NCBI GenBank assembly: GCA_021820465.1 | Contig: JAKADP010000003.1 | Span: forward strand, 2,183 to 66,182 | Direction of reading: 5' to 3' | From: Bacillota bacterium | GTDB lineage: Bacteria > Bacillota > Sulfobacillia > Sulfobacillales > JAIMBI01 | DNA: 64,000 nt | Part shown: in pieces, positions 28,451 to 39,300 of the stretch | How positions within the stretch are numbered: the stretch's first letter is position 1 | Layout: each line of letters opens with the position of its first letter | Position numbers and translations under genes: made by a program | Notes under the pieces: model-generated | The model's database searches: none | Told to the model about the DNA's origin: nothing | Seen by the model: the letters and a program-made list of their open reading frames with translations, nothing else

Positions 28451-29128
28451 TTACAGGGGTGTGCTGGCCAGTATGGGCGTTGTGGGCTGAGACGTGCCGC
28501 CCACGGGCTCCACGGTGATGGCAAAGGCGCGCGCCGCCCGGGGCCGGGCCAGCAGGTGGGGCCCCGCACCAAAGGTGCCGGCCGGCACCGGCCTGCCACC
28601 CACAATCCACCAGCCCTCATAGGTTTGGCCTGAGGCCAGCGGCGGCAGCCGCCTCACCCATACGAGAGCCTGGGCGCTCTGCCAGTACAGGTCCACTTGG
28701 CTGGCTCGATAGGCCGCCGGGCCCAGGCGCGCCCGCTGCCCCGACGACGCCAGGCGAATCATTTGGCTGGCCGCGCTGGCGCGCTGGGCCTCATGGGCCG
28801 CCAGCCCCCAGCCCCCAAGGGCCACGAGAACGGTCGCGGCCCACAGCACGGGCCACGGGCGGGATCGGCCCCGCCCCGCGGGCGCTGGGGCTGCCGGCGG
28901 GAGGGCCTGCTGAAATCGGGCCCGCATGGCCGCATGATCGCCCCAGTCTGGGGTGATCGCCGCCGTCGCGAACGCGTCGGCGGCCGCCGCCAGCGCCGCG
29001 TGCTCCGCGCGGCACGCCGCACACTCCGCCAAGTGCTGGTGCACCGCCCGGTCCTCGGCCGGCCCGAGGGCCCCGGCGATCCACAGCGGCAGGCTGTCAC
29101 GGCACGCCTCATGATCCATCCGGCTCAC
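28451..29128 (-). CDS. anti-sigma factor (zf-HC2 N-terminus, RskA-like C-terminus)
   Basis: HQHLAECAACRAEH zinc-finger motif, a central TM segment and an RskA-like extracytoplasmic domain. Overlaps the sigma gene end. Confidence 0.75.
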   Translation of the reverse strand: MSRMDHEACRDSLPLWIAGALGPAEDRAVHQHLAECAACRAEHAALAAAADAFATAAITPDWGDHAAMRARFQQALPPAAPAPAGRGRSRPWPVLWAATVLVALGGWGLAAHEAQRASAASQMIRLASSGQRARLGPAAYRASQVDLYWQSAQALVWVRRLPPLASGQTYEGWWIVGGRPVPAGTFGAGPHLLARPRAARAFAITVEPVGGTSQPTTPILASTPL

Positions 29129-29669
29129 CCCCCAGCACGTCGCGCAATTTGGCCAGTCCTAGCCGCAGCCGGGTTTTCAGCGTCCCCAGCGGCACCTGCT
29201 GGCGCTTCGCAGCCTCCTGACCCGACAGGCCGTCCAGGTAAACCATCGTCAGTGCCTCCCGCTGGTGCGCGGGCAGTCGGGCCACGGCGTGGCGGACCGC
29301 GTCTTGCTCCAGGCGTCCCGCAGCGTCCTCAGCCACGTCACCCGGCGCCGCCACGGGCACCGCCAACTCCTCCCACGACTCCCCCGCCACGGTGCGGCGC
29401 GTCTTCCGCAGTGCATCCACCGACCGGCTCCGGGCCATCACCAACAGCCACGTCGCCACCCCCGCCCGCTCGGCATCGAAGCGGGCCGCGGACCGCCAGA
29501 CCATCAAAAAGACATCTTGAATCACTTCGTCCGCCAACTCGCGGTCGGGGAGGGTGCGCCGGCAATACCCCGCCACCAGCCCAAAATACCTGTCGTAAAA
29601 TCGCAGCATGGCATCTTGGTCGCCGGAGGCAATGCGGGCGAGCCACGCCTCGCCATCGGGATCGCGCAT
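29109..29669 (-). CDS. ECF (sigma-70 family) RNA polymerase sigma factor
   Basis: Region 2 (DVFLMVWRSAARFD) and region 4 (REALTMVYLDGLSGQEAAKRQQVPLGTLKTRLR). Confidence 0.85.
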   Translation of the reverse strand: MRDPDGEAWLARIASGDQDAMLRFYDRYFGLVAGYCRRTLPDRELADEVIQDVFLMVWRSAARFDAERAGVATWLLVMARSRSVDALRKTRRTVAGESWEELAVPVAAPGDVAEDAAGRLEQDAVRHAVARLPAHQREALTMVYLDGLSGQEAAKRQQVPLGTLKTRLRLGLAKLRDVLGGEPDGS

Positions 29670-29740
29670 CGCGCACCGCCTTACGGATCTATCTTGGTAT
29701 CCGCACTAAGGGCCCCCGAAGATCCATCGGACACCGCCGG

Positions 29741-29773
29741 GGTTTGGCCAAGGTTTGGCCGAGGTTTGGCCGA
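29741..29773. repeat. three tandem 11-bp repeats ggtttggcc(a/g)a
   Basis: Read directly: ggtttggccaa ggtttggccga ggtttggccga. They lie between the tRNA-Gln 3' end and the ECF sigma start. Confidence 0.85.
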
Positions 29774-29803
29774 GAGCCTCTTGGGCCTATAAGCTGATGC
29801 AAG

Positions 29804-29878
29804 TGGCTGGGGAGGCAGGGTTCGAACCTGCGAATGCCGGCTTCAAAGGCCGGTGCCTTACCACTTGGCGACTCCCCA
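29804..29878 (-). tRNA. tRNA-Gln (anticodon UUG)
   Basis: The minus strand gives UGGGGAGUCGCCAAGUGGUAAGGCA...CCGGC-CUUUGAA-GCCGG...GGUUCGAACC...CCA. It has U1-A72 and an encoded CCA. Confidence 0.9.
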
Positions 29879-29886
29879 ACACAATT

Positions 29887-29962
29887 TGGTGGAGCGGAGG
29901 GGATTCGAACCCCTGACCCCCAACGTGCAAAGCTGGTGCTCTACCAACTGAGCTACCGCCCC
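29887..29962 (-). tRNA. tRNA-Ala (anticodon UGC)
   Basis: GGGGCGGUAGCUCAGUUGGUAGAGCA with anticodon loop UUUGCAC, a G3:U70 pair, a GGUUCGAAUCC T-loop and CCA. Confidence 0.9.
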
Positions 29963-29981
29963 GCTCCCTGGCTCAAGATAA

Positions 29982-30056
<75 letters not shown>

Positions 30057-30105
30057 CACAAAAACTGCCCCATCAGGACGCGGTGCCCGGGGCGCTGAAG
30101 CAAAT

Positions 30106-30181
30106 TGGCAGGCCAGGAGGGACTCGAACCCCCAACCCGCGGTTTTGGAGACCGCTGCTCTACCATTGGAGCTACTGGCCT
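30106..30181 (-). tRNA. tRNA-Trp (anticodon CCA)
   Basis: AGGCCAGUAGCUCCAAUGGUAGAGC with anticodon arm GCGGU-CUCCAAA-ACCGC, a GGUUCGAGUCC T-loop and CCA. Confidence 0.9.
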
Positions 30182-30217
30182 GCGACGCTTCTGCCTGGAT
30201 TCTACCACAAACGAGAC

Positions 30218-30294
30218 TGGTGGGCCATGAAGGATTCGAACCTTCGACACTCCGCTTAAAAGGCGGATGCTCTAACCAGCTGAGCTAATGGCCC
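30218..30294 (-). tRNA. tRNA-Lys (anticodon UUU)
   Basis: GGGCCAUUAGCUCAGCUGGUUAGAGC with anticodon arm CCGC-CUUUUAA-GCGG, a GGUUCGAAUCC T-loop and CCA. Confidence 0.9.
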
Positions 30295-30303
30295 CCCACA
30301 AAT

Positions 30304-30379
30304 TGGTGGCCCCACCGGGATTCGAACCCGGGTTACCACCTTGAAAGAGTGGTGTCCTAGGCCTCTAGACCATGGGGCC
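30304..30379 (-). tRNA. tRNA-Glu (anticodon UUC)
   Basis: GGCCCCAUGGUCUAGAGGCCUAGGAC with anticodon loop CUUUCAA, a GGUUCGAAUCC T-loop and CCA. Confidence 0.9.
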
Positions 30380-30384
30380 AAGTT

Positions 30385-30460
30385 TGGTGGAGATGAGGGG
30401 GGTCGAACCCCTGACCTCGTGAATGCCATTCACGCGCTCTACCAACTGAGCTACATCCCC
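30385..30460 (-). tRNA. tRNA-Ala (anticodon GGC)
   Basis: GGGGAUGUAGCUCAGUUGGUAGAGC with anticodon arm CGUGA-AUGGCAU-UCACG, a G3:U70 pair and CCA. Confidence 0.9.
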
Positions 30461-30555
30461 GCATCATGACGCGGTGCGCCGACCCGCGCGCCCGCTGTGC
30501 TAGTATAGCCGCCGCTTGCCGGCCCCGTCAAGCGCGCGCAGGCGCCGGCCACTTT

Positions 30556-31572
30556 TTAAATGCTGGCGACATCGACCGGACGTTCCAGCCGCATCGACTC
30601 GTACGCCGCCAGCGTCACCGCCGTGGCCGCGCGGCCGTCTTGGCCGGTGGCCAACTCCGGGGCTACAGGCCCCCCGGATGCGGCCGCGACAAAGCGCTCG
30701 ATGAGAAGGGCATCCATGTCGGGGCCGTAGGGCGCGAGGCCATGGACGGGCGGCCGGCTGCGAAACCAGTCCAACTGCTCGGCCCAAGGGTCCAGCGCGG
30801 CCACGCCGTGCGTGCCCACGACGTCCAGCCTCACGTCCCCCCACGTCGGGAACCCGCGCGGGCGCGACCAAGATGGATCCAGCGTGGCCACCGTGCCTCC
30901 GCGAAACGCGAGCTGCAGGAGCGCCGCGTCTTCCACGGCCATGCCGTGAATGCGGTTGGACGCCACGGCGTACACCCGCACCACGTCATCCGCCAGCACC
31001 CAGCGCATGATGTCGGCCACGTGGCTGACATGATCCATCACGGCGCCACCCCCCGACAGCTCGGGGTCCAGAAACCACCCGGGCGGCAGCTGACCGTGGT
31101 TGGTGCCCGCCATCGCCAAAATGCGGCCCAGCTGTCCGCTTTGCACCAGCTGCCGCAGACGAGCGACCGCGGGCAGGCCCCGCACCGGCAGGGCCACGTA
31201 CAGCTGGCCACCACCGGCCTCGGTCGCCTCCAACATGGCATCGGCATCTGCCAGCGTGGTGGCCAGCGGCTTCTCGCAGAGGATGGCCAAGCCTTGCCGC
31301 CCCGCCAGCTCCACGTACCGCCGATGGTGGACGTTTTCCGCCGTCACGACTGCCGCCTCGCACCGGCTCACCAAGGTTTCCGGGGGGGCCACCCACGGCA
31401 GGTGCAGCCGCTGCGCGGCCGCCCGGCCCCGCGCGGCGTCACTGTCGGTCAGCCCCACCAGCTCGACGTCCGGCCGGGCGGCCAACAGCGCCGCATACGT
31501 TTCAAAATGCACGTGGGCTGCGGAAAAGAGGCCCACGCGCAGCCGGGCCGCCGACCGCCGCGCGCCGCTCAC
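30556..31572 (-). CDS. Gfo/Idh/MocA family oxidoreductase
   Basis: N-terminal Rossmann (LRVGLFSAAHVHFETYAALL) and C-terminal GFO_IDH_MocA_C-like part. GTG 31572 overlaps the upstream stop (GTGA). Confidence 0.8.
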   Translation of the reverse strand: MSGARRSAARLRVGLFSAAHVHFETYAALLAARPDVELVGLTDSDAARGRAAAQRLHLPWVAPPETLVSRCEAAVVTAENVHHRRYVELAGRQGLAILCEKPLATTLADADAMLEATEAGGGQLYVALPVRGLPAVARLRQLVQSGQLGRILAMAGTNHGQLPPGWFLDPELSGGGAVMDHVSHVADIMRWVLADDVVRVYAVASNRIHGMAVEDAALLQLAFRGGTVATLDPSWSRPRGFPTWGDVRLDVVGTHGVAALDPWAEQLDWFRSRPPVHGLAPYGPDMDALLIERFVAAASGGPVAPELATGQDGRAATAVTLAAYESMRLERPVDVASI

Positions 31573-32591
31573 TGGGGCCCCCCGCACGTCACCACGCCGC
31601 CGGAGAGCACCGACTGCCGCGCCTCGCTGGCTAGGCGAATGGCCGCGAGCGCCTCCGGGAGGCCGACCTCAAATGGCCGGTCGTGGACCAGCCGGTCCAC
31701 CACGTCGGTCAGCTGCCGCTCCCATGGATTGTCCGCGGGGTCCGCCCCCGGCACGGCCACGTCGGCCGGGCGGTCCACCCCCTGCCGGCGGGTAAGCCTC
31801 AGGGTCTCGTCCCGAAGGCTGTCGTGGGCCAACAGGCCCTCGCTCCCAGCCAGCTCAAGCCGCGTGCCGAAGCGGGTGCCGGCCCAGCTGCCCACCACTT
31901 GGGCCAAGAGCCCGTGGGGAAACCTTAAGGTCGCGGTCGCGTGCGCGAGCGGAGTCGGCTCCGTCACGTCCACCTCCTGAGCAAACACGGACGCAGGCGC
32001 TCCGAACGTCCACAGCAGAAAATCAAAATCGTGCAGCGACAGGTCCAACAGCGGGCCTCCGCTCTGGCGGCGGTCCTGGTACCAGTCGCGGTGACCCCGG
32101 GGAAAGGCGCCTCCCCGGTAGAGGTGCGCCACCGCCACCGCCCCGAGGTCCCCGGCCACCACAAGGTCGTGCGCACGCCGATACGCGGGGAAATAGCGCA
32201 CGACGTGGCCCACCGCCAGCCGGACCCCGCCACGGTGGACGGCCGACGCGATGGCTTCGGCCTCCTCCACCGTGAGCGCCAAAGGCTTCTCGCACAGGAT
32301 GGCCTTGCCCGACGCGGCGGCCGCCTCGACGTACCCCGCGTGCGTGGGCGTGGGGCTGGCCACATCCACCAGGTCTACCTCGGACAGGGGCGCGTCCTCC
32401 CACGCCACCCAGTGCGGAACATTGAGGTCCGCGGCCAGCCGGGCGCCGTTGGCGTCGGGATCCACCACGCCCACCACGCGAATGCCCAAGGCCCTCTGCT
32501 GCATCTGGGCCCACGCCTCACCATGGACCCGCCCCATCGTGCCCGCACCGACCAGCAGCACCGACACCGCCCTTGGCCAGCGAGTGCCCAT
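31569..32591 (-). CDS. Gfo/Idh/MocA family oxidoreductase
   Basis: VLLVGAGTMGRVHGEAW is a Rossmann motif and EKPLALTVEEAEAI is a family motif. Track ORF trimmed to ATG 32591. Confidence 0.8.
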   Translation of the reverse strand: MGTRWPRAVSVLLVGAGTMGRVHGEAWAQMQQRALGIRVVGVVDPDANGARLAADLNVPHWVAWEDAPLSEVDLVDVASPTPTHAGYVEAAAASGKAILCEKPLALTVEEAEAIASAVHRGGVRLAVGHVVRYFPAYRRAHDLVVAGDLGAVAVAHLYRGGAFPRGHRDWYQDRRQSGGPLLDLSLHDFDFLLWTFGAPASVFAQEVDVTEPTPLAHATATLRFPHGLLAQVVGSWAGTRFGTRLELAGSEGLLAHDSLRDETLRLTRRQGVDRPADVAVPGADPADNPWERQLTDVVDRLVHDRPFEVGLPEALAAIRLASEARQSVLSGGVVTCGGPQ

Positions 32592-32677
32592 GTCATCCCC
32601 CCTGTCGAGCAGTCTACGACAACGCGGGAGGAAGTCGGGCTCCACGGCCGGCGCCATGGAGAAGGACAACCGCTGCC

Positions 32678-34651
32678 CTACTGCATCACCATCACCTGAT
32701 TGCGGCCGCTCTGCTTGGCGCGATACATGGCCTGGTCGGCTCGGCTAAAGAGGCCCTCGAGGGTCATTCCATTCATATAGGGTGCCACGCCGACACTCAC
32801 CGACGTAGCCACATGTTCCCCGTTTTCCCACATAAAGCCTTCTGACACGGCCTGGCGAATGCGCTCGCCCACCCGCTCGGCGGCGGCCAGCGGCGTGTCG
32901 GGCAGGATAACCACAAACTCATCGCCGGCATACCGGCAGGCCACGTCCCCGTTTCGCACGCTGCCGCCGATGGCGCGTGCCAGCTGCAGGATGTGGGCGT
33001 CGCCCGCCTTGTGGCCATGCTGGTCGTTGACCCGCTTCAGCGAGTCGGAGTCGATCATCAGGAGGGCCAAGGGATGCTCATCCGCATCCGCCTGCTCCAG
33101 CATCTGCCCCAGCGCGGCCTGAAACCGCCGTGAGTTGCCCAGCCCGGTCATGTGGTCGGTCAGGGCAATTTCCTCCGTCTGCTGGTACAGCTGGGCATTT
33201 TCAATGGCAATGGCGGCCTGGCTCGCGACCGCCGACAAAAATTCCAGGTGGTCCTGATCGTAGGGCGCACGATAGCTCTGCGCGCTAATCGCGCCAATCA
33301 CCCGCGACTCGTGCCGCAGAGGCGCCACCAGCATGCCCACGACTTCCTTGGAGGATCCAATCGTGCCGGCGCCGCTCGGCACCCCTTCAAACCGGCGCGC
33401 CTCGCCCGAGCGAATGACCTCGGCGGTGGGACCTGACTCCGGAAGCGGCAGCACCTCAGATGGGTAGCGCTTGCCATCGTCAAACAGATACGCCATGTAG
33501 ACCTGGCCCGGGTCGTGCGGAATGGTCAGCATCACGACGAAGCTGTCGATCTGAAGTTCTTCGGCCACCGTTTGATGCAGCGTAGGCAGCAGCAGCTTCA
33601 TCTGCAGGTTGCTGTTCATCAGCCGTCCTACGCGCTCCAGGGTAGTCAGCAGGCGGCCGCGCTTGCGGGACTCCGCCCGCTCGCGGTCGTACCGGATCTG
33701 GCCGGCCGCCAGCGTGCCGAGCGCCGTCACCAGCGGCGCCACCTCCGGCGTCACCATGTTGGGCTCGGGGCTGCCCACGGCCAGCACCCCCAGCAGGACC
33801 CGCCCGTCGTACAGCGGCGTAATGGCGACGCTCCCGAAGCCCTCCTCCTGCAATTCCTCTAAGTCAGCGGCCGCGACGGCGTTGTGCACCACCAGGTCCC
33901 CGACCCGCACGGCCGTGGCGGTCGGCTCGGAGGTGGCAATGTCCCACGTGCGGTTGGATGCGCGCTCCGGGAACCCCAGTTGGGTTACCATCTGCATCTG
34001 GCCATGTCCCACGGGAACGCCGATGTACCCATACTCCAAGCCCACCAATTGCAAGCCCTGCCGCAGCAAGTTCTGCAGCAACACCTCCAGCGGCGCCTCG
34101 CGCAGCAGGTTTTCCTGAATCACCCGCAGATTGTCCAACTGCATCAAACGGCGGCGGTCCTCACGGACACGCTGCTGCTGCAGGACGAATCCGCGGCCCA
34201 GCATGCCAGCGCTCACCACAAACACCGCCAGCATGGCCGCTTCAAACGCAAAGGCGGGACTCAAGGTGCGCGGCCACGCGGCCACGGCAAAGGCCACAAT
34301 CATCACGGCACTGCCGATAGCAGTCCATCGAAGCGACCCGTAGGCGGTCAGCGCCAGCGCCTCGCCCCCGTACAGCACCCAGGTATCGCCCGCGACGCCC
34401 CCACTGAGTCGCACGGCCGCCGTGATTGCCGCGATGTCCAGGATAATCGCGGCCCGATTCCAGCGCGAGTAGCCCCAGACGCGCACGGCCACCGCGCCGC
34501 CCCCCAGCGCTATGGCCGCGCCGAGCCACACCCACCCGTCATCGGGCGCCCCAAACGCAAAGAAGCCCGCCCCAATCCAGACCACCACACGCACCAAAAA
34601 CAACACGCGGTGCATGTCGTATCTGGCCCAAGGCTGCAGCCAATCGCGCAC
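32678..34651 (-). CDS. membrane-anchored GAF-GAF-GGDEF diguanylate cyclase-type protein (A-site reads AGDEF)
   Basis: N-terminal TM bundle, two GAF-like regions, and a C-terminal GGDEF domain (DHMTGLGNSRRF...RYAGDEFVVILPD...ADQAMYRAK). Confidence 0.85.
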   Translation of the reverse strand: MRDWLQPWARYDMHRVLFLVRVVVWIGAGFFAFGAPDDGWVWLGAAIALGGGAVAVRVWGYSRWNRAAIILDIAAITAAVRLSGGVAGDTWVLYGGEALALTAYGSLRWTAIGSAVMIVAFAVAAWPRTLSPAFAFEAAMLAVFVVSAGMLGRGFVLQQQRVREDRRRLMQLDNLRVIQENLLREAPLEVLLQNLLRQGLQLVGLEYGYIGVPVGHGQMQMVTQLGFPERASNRTWDIATSEPTATAVRVGDLVVHNAVAAADLEELQEEGFGSVAITPLYDGRVLLGVLAVGSPEPNMVTPEVAPLVTALGTLAAGQIRYDRERAESRKRGRLLTTLERVGRLMNSNLQMKLLLPTLHQTVAEELQIDSFVVMLTIPHDPGQVYMAYLFDDGKRYPSEVLPLPESGPTAEVIRSGEARRFEGVPSGAGTIGSSKEVVGMLVAPLRHESRVIGAISAQSYRAPYDQDHLEFLSAVASQAAIAIENAQLYQQTEEIALTDHMTGLGNSRRFQAALGQMLEQADADEHPLALLMIDSDSLKRVNDQHGHKAGDAHILQLARAIGGSVRNGDVACRYAGDEFVVILPDTPLAAAERVGERIRQAVSEGFMWENGEHVATSVSVGVAPYMNGMTLEGLFSRADQAMYRAKQSGRNQVMVMQ

Positions 34652-35124
34652 AGGCTCTCCCTACCCCTCCGCATCCACCGCCACTGTCTGCACCGGGCCG
34701 CCAGCTAGCCGGCCCTGGCCTGGCCCCATGGATCCTGCCCGCGAATAGTACAGCGTCATTGATTATACAGGAAATCCTGGTGTGGCACTCCATCTGGGCG
34801 CCACATTATTCGACCGCGATCAACCAGCCGCGCAGGTGCCGCTGCGGCTCCCCATGGTCCGAATTCGGCACTCCGAGCGCGTGACCGGAAGACGAATGCT
34901 TTCTAGCCTGAGACGGGCGATTCGGGGGGGACGCCGCCCCGGGGCGAAGCCTCTGGCCGGCCATGGCGGTCCACGCCCGGGGGCGCCCGGGCAGACGTTC
35001 GTGCAGAAAGGAGCCCCATGCCCTGCGCCCGCGGGCCCATCTGGGGCGGCCGCGCGACAGCACGGGCCCGGCAGGAAAGTCCCAGCGCCCGCCGAACAGC
35101 CCCCCAGACAAGGGGGCGGCCGCA

Positions 35125-36384
35125 TTGGCCCAGGAATTGTGGCGGCATCCCAACTTCTTAAAGCTGTGGCTGGGGCAAACCGTGTCCCAGTTTGGGGCGC
35201 AGATCACTCTGGTCGCCTTCCCGCTCACGGCCGTGTTGGTGCTGCATGCCAGTGCCCTTCAGATGGGGGTGCTGGAGGCCGTGGGCATGGCCCCGTTCTT
35301 GGTGGTGGGTCTGCCGGTGGGGGTGTGGGTCGACAAGCTTCGCCGCCGGCCCCTCCTGATCGCGGCCGATGCCACGCGCCTCGTGCTGGTGGGCGCGGTG
35401 CCTCTCCTGTATCTGGCCCATCGGCTGTCATCCATTGCGATCCTCGATGCGGTGCAATTTCTGGCCGGGTGCATGACCGTGCTGTTTGACGTGGCATACC
35501 AGTCGTATCTGCCGGCGGTGGTGGGTCACGACCCCGCCGCCCTGCTGGACGGCAACAGCAAGCTCGAAGCGTCGCGGGCCCTCGCGCAGGTAGCGGGGCC
35601 CAGCGCCGGCGGGGCGCTGGTGGCGGCCGTCACCGCCCCGCTCGCCCTGGCGGCCAACGCCGGCACCTACCTGGTGTCTGTCGTGTCGCTGCTGCTGGTG
35701 CGGACCGAAGAGCCGGCCCCGGTGCGCGCGGCCCCACGGGGGATGGGGCGGGAGGTGGCGGACGGGCTGGCGCTGGTCCTGAAGAATCCCATCCTGGCGT
35801 CCATCGCCGGGGCGACCGGGACCAGCAATTTTTTCTCAAGTGTCATGGGCGCGGTGTATGTGCTGTACGCGGTCCACCGGGTGGGCCTGTCCCCCACCGA
35901 GGTGGGGCTGACGTTCGGCCTGGGGAGCGTAGGCGGCGTGCTGGCCGCGGTGGTGGCTCGACGCGTGCATGGGCGCTGGGGAGTCGGGCGTGGGCTCGCG
36001 GGAGCTATGGGAGTGAGTGCCCTGGGTGCTCTGCTGGTGCCGCTGGCGGCGCGCCCGTCGGAGCTCGGGATGGGGGTGCTGGTCGCGGGCCAGGTGCTGG
36101 TGGGGTTGGGCGCCACCGTGTACAACATCGGCCAGGTGAGCCTCCGCCAAGGCATCACCCGGTCGGAATGGCTGGGGCGGATGAACGCCAGCATGCGGTT
36201 CATCGTCTGGGGGCCCATGCCGCTGGGGTCGCTCTTGGGGGGGTGGCTGGGATCCACCTGGGGTCTCCACCCCGCGCTGTGGGTGGGCGCCGCAGGAGGG
36301 GTTTTGGCACCGCTGTGGCTGCTCCGCACAGCGGTGCGGCGGCTCCAAGAGACACCCCGACCCGGGGCTCAGCCATCGTTGTAA
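35125..36384 (+). CDS. MFS transporter (MFS_3/EntS-like)
   Basis: Track ORF 34963..36384 trimmed to TTG 35125 (AAGGGGG 8 nt upstream). The WRHPNFLKLWLGQTVSQFG start is typical of the family. Confidence 0.75.
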   Translation: MAQELWRHPNFLKLWLGQTVSQFGAQITLVAFPLTAVLVLHASALQMGVLEAVGMAPFLVVGLPVGVWVDKLRRRPLLIAADATRLVLVGAVPLLYLAHRLSSIAILDAVQFLAGCMTVLFDVAYQSYLPAVVGHDPAALLDGNSKLEASRALAQVAGPSAGGALVAAVTAPLALAANAGTYLVSVVSLLLVRTEEPAPVRAAPRGMGREVADGLALVLKNPILASIAGATGTSNFFSSVMGAVYVLYAVHRVGLSPTEVGLTFGLGSVGGVLAAVVARRVHGRWGVGRGLAGAMGVSALGALLVPLAARPSELGMGVLVAGQVLVGLGATVYNIGQVSLRQGITRSEWLGRMNASMRFIVWGPMPLGSLLGGWLGSTWGLHPALWVGAAGGVLAPLWLLRTAVRRLQETPRPGAQPSL

Positions 36385-36399
36385 TCGTGCAATCGCGTC

Positions 36400-39300
36400 T
36401 TAATCTTTATAGGCGCTGTAGCTGCTGTAGGGATTGGGCGCCACGCTGCTGACCATGAGCGTCCCCCGGCGCATGCGGCCGGCCACCACCAGCACCCCCC
36501 GGCTTCGGGAAGAAAACAGATGCTGGCCATAGCGCGCATACCCCTGCTCGCTCAGTGATGCGTCCAACAGCCCGGTTTCGTCCAGGAGGGAAAAAAACAC
36601 GATCAGGCGCCCACTGCGGGTGGGGGGGCGGTGCGGGCGCACCAGCACGCCGGCCGTGCGCACCCAGCCGCCGTCCGGGGCTTCACCGGCCTCCCGCACC
36701 GTGCAAAATCCGTCCGCCGCCAGGCGATCCCGCCAGAGCGCCATCAGCTGCGTGGTCTGCCCAAACCCCAGCAGGCGGTACTCCCAGTACAGCCGCTCCG
36801 CCAGGGTCCAGGGCCGCCCGCCCGCCCGCTCGCTCACCATCCCCAGCGGGTTCACACTCCACAGCTGCTCCAGCATCCGGTCGCGGTCCGCATCCCAGGC
36901 ATCAAACGCGCCCAGCCGCACCAGTTGGGCCAGCCGTCCCGGGTCCAGCCGGCTGGCCCGCCACAGCGCCTCCACGCGGCCCTGGCCAGGCTCGAGGGAC
37001 CGGCCTGCGGCTTCCAGGGCCGCCGCCCCCTCCCCCATCCCCGCCACTGCGCGATATCCCACCCGAATCGCATTGGCTGACGGCACCCAGCTGAAGTCCT
37101 CCGTGCTGCCACCGGCTGCTAGGGGCCAGAGGTCGACGCCCCGACGCCGCGCCTCCACCACCAGCACATCACGGGGGTAGTATCCCATGGGCTGCGCATT
37201 GAGGAGTCCGGCCACATAGGGGCCAGGAAATCGGTCCAACAGGTACACGGTGCGGTACGCCGTCTCCGCAAAGGCTGCCGCATGCGCCTCGTTAAATCCG
37301 TAGCTGGCGTAGCCGACCATCTGCTGAAACACCTCCTCGGCCACCTCGCGCGCTACCCCCCGCGCCACCGCCTTGTCCAAAAACACCTGCCCCATTCGGT
37401 CCATCTCCGCCGCCGAGCGGCCATGCGTCATCACCCGGCGCAGCTGGTCCGCCTCCCCGGGGGTGAAGCCCGCCAGCGTGCTGGCAATCGCGATCACCTG
37501 CTCCTGAAACAGCACCACCCCGTAGGTCTTTTTTAAGATCGGCTCTAGGTCGGGGTGCGGGTACTGCACCGGCTCCTCGCCCCGGCGCCGCGCCACAAAG
37601 GGGTCCACCATATTGCCCTGGATCGGGCCGGGGCGAATCAGTGCCAGGCTCGCCACCACATCCTCGAAGCGGTCCGGCTGCAGGCGCCGCGCCAGCGCCC
37701 GCTGTGCGGGGCTTTCCAGCTGAAACACCCCGATGCTGTCCGCCGCCTGAAGTCGGCGGTACACGCCGGGGTCCTCTGGGGGAATGCGATCCATCTGAAA
37801 CGCCGGATCCTCCTGGCGGATGGCTTTTTCGGCAAAGTCGATGGCGGTGAAAGTGCGCAGGCTCAGCAAATCCAACTTTAAGAGGCCCAGACTCTCCACG
37901 TCCCGCTTGTCAAACTGGCACAGCGCCACACCTTTGGCCGATCGCTCCACCGGCGTGACCTGCTCCAGCGGCTCGCCGCTGACCACCAGCCCACCCAAGT
38001 GCGTGCCCAGGTGTCGCGGCAGCCCTTCCAAGTGCACCGCCCAAGTCACCAGGCGGCGGTGCAGCGGCGACAAATGCAGCGCCGCCAACTCGGGCACCTT
38101 GTCAAACGCGGCCTCGTCATCCATCAGCCGGGCCAGGGAGCGCTCAGGCAGCGACTTGGCCAGGTGGTCTAAGACCGCCGGCGGAAATCCGAGCACCCGG
38201 CCCACCTGGCGAACCGCCAGCCGGGCGCGAAAGGTTTGGTAGGTGGCCACTGCCGCCACGCGCTCGCGGCCGTACCGGTCGCGAACGTAATCCGCCACCT
38301 CATCGCGCCGCCGCGCGTCAAAATCAATGTCAATATCGGGCGCCTCCGCCCGCTCCCGGCTCAGGAACCGCTCAAACAGCAGCGCGCGGCCTGCCGCATC
38401 CACCTCCGTGATGCCCAGGCAATACGCCACCACGGAGTCGGCCGCCGACCCCCGTCCGGCAAAGCGAATGCCGCGTCGGCGGGCAAAGGCGGCCACGTCT
38501 TCCACCACCAAAAAGTAGTCCGCAAACCCCAGATCGCGAATCACCCCCAGCTCATGGGACAGGCGGCGAGACAGGCGCCGCCACCCGGGGCCATAGCGGC
38601 GGGCGGCGCCTCGCTCCGTCAACTGCACCAGCGTGGCAAACGCATCCCCCCCACCGGGCCAGGACGGCAGCCGCTTTTGGCCCAGCAGCGGCACTGGCTC
38701 CAACCGCTCGCCCAACGCCTGGGTATTGTGCACCGCGGCCGGGGCCAGGCCGCCCAGTGCGCGGGCCAGGGCGGCCGGCCCCTGCAGGAATCCACACGCA
38801 TTAAAGGGCCGGTCGGGGTGTGGGGCCTCTACCGAAAGGCCGTGGCGCACCGCCACCAGCAGGTCGTAGGGGACAAATCCCGCCGCATCGGCGTGGTGCA
38901 CTTCCACTGCGGCCACGCACTGGAGGTGCAGCGCCTCCCCGAGGTCGCCGAGCGCCTGATGAATCATGCGGTCGCCGGGGAGCCATCCAACCGCCAACTC
39001 CAGATGCAAGTCGCGGCCAAAGATGGCCTTCAGGCGTTCAGCGGTGCTCCGAGCCCGCTCCCGCTGGCCACGCTGCAGTTTGGCGTCCAGGACGCCGCGC
39101 CGCCCCCCTGAGAGCGCCACCAGCCCCGGGCCATGCTGGGCCAGTGAGGCCCACTCCACGCGCGGCGCCTTGCGCGGATGCTGCCAGGCTGCCTCCGTCA
39201 GAAGCCGCGTGAGCTGCACGTAGCGGTCCGGAGTGGGCACCAGCAGCACCAGCCGCCCCTCGTCTTCGCCACTGGGCGTTCCGTCCTGACGCGCCAACTG

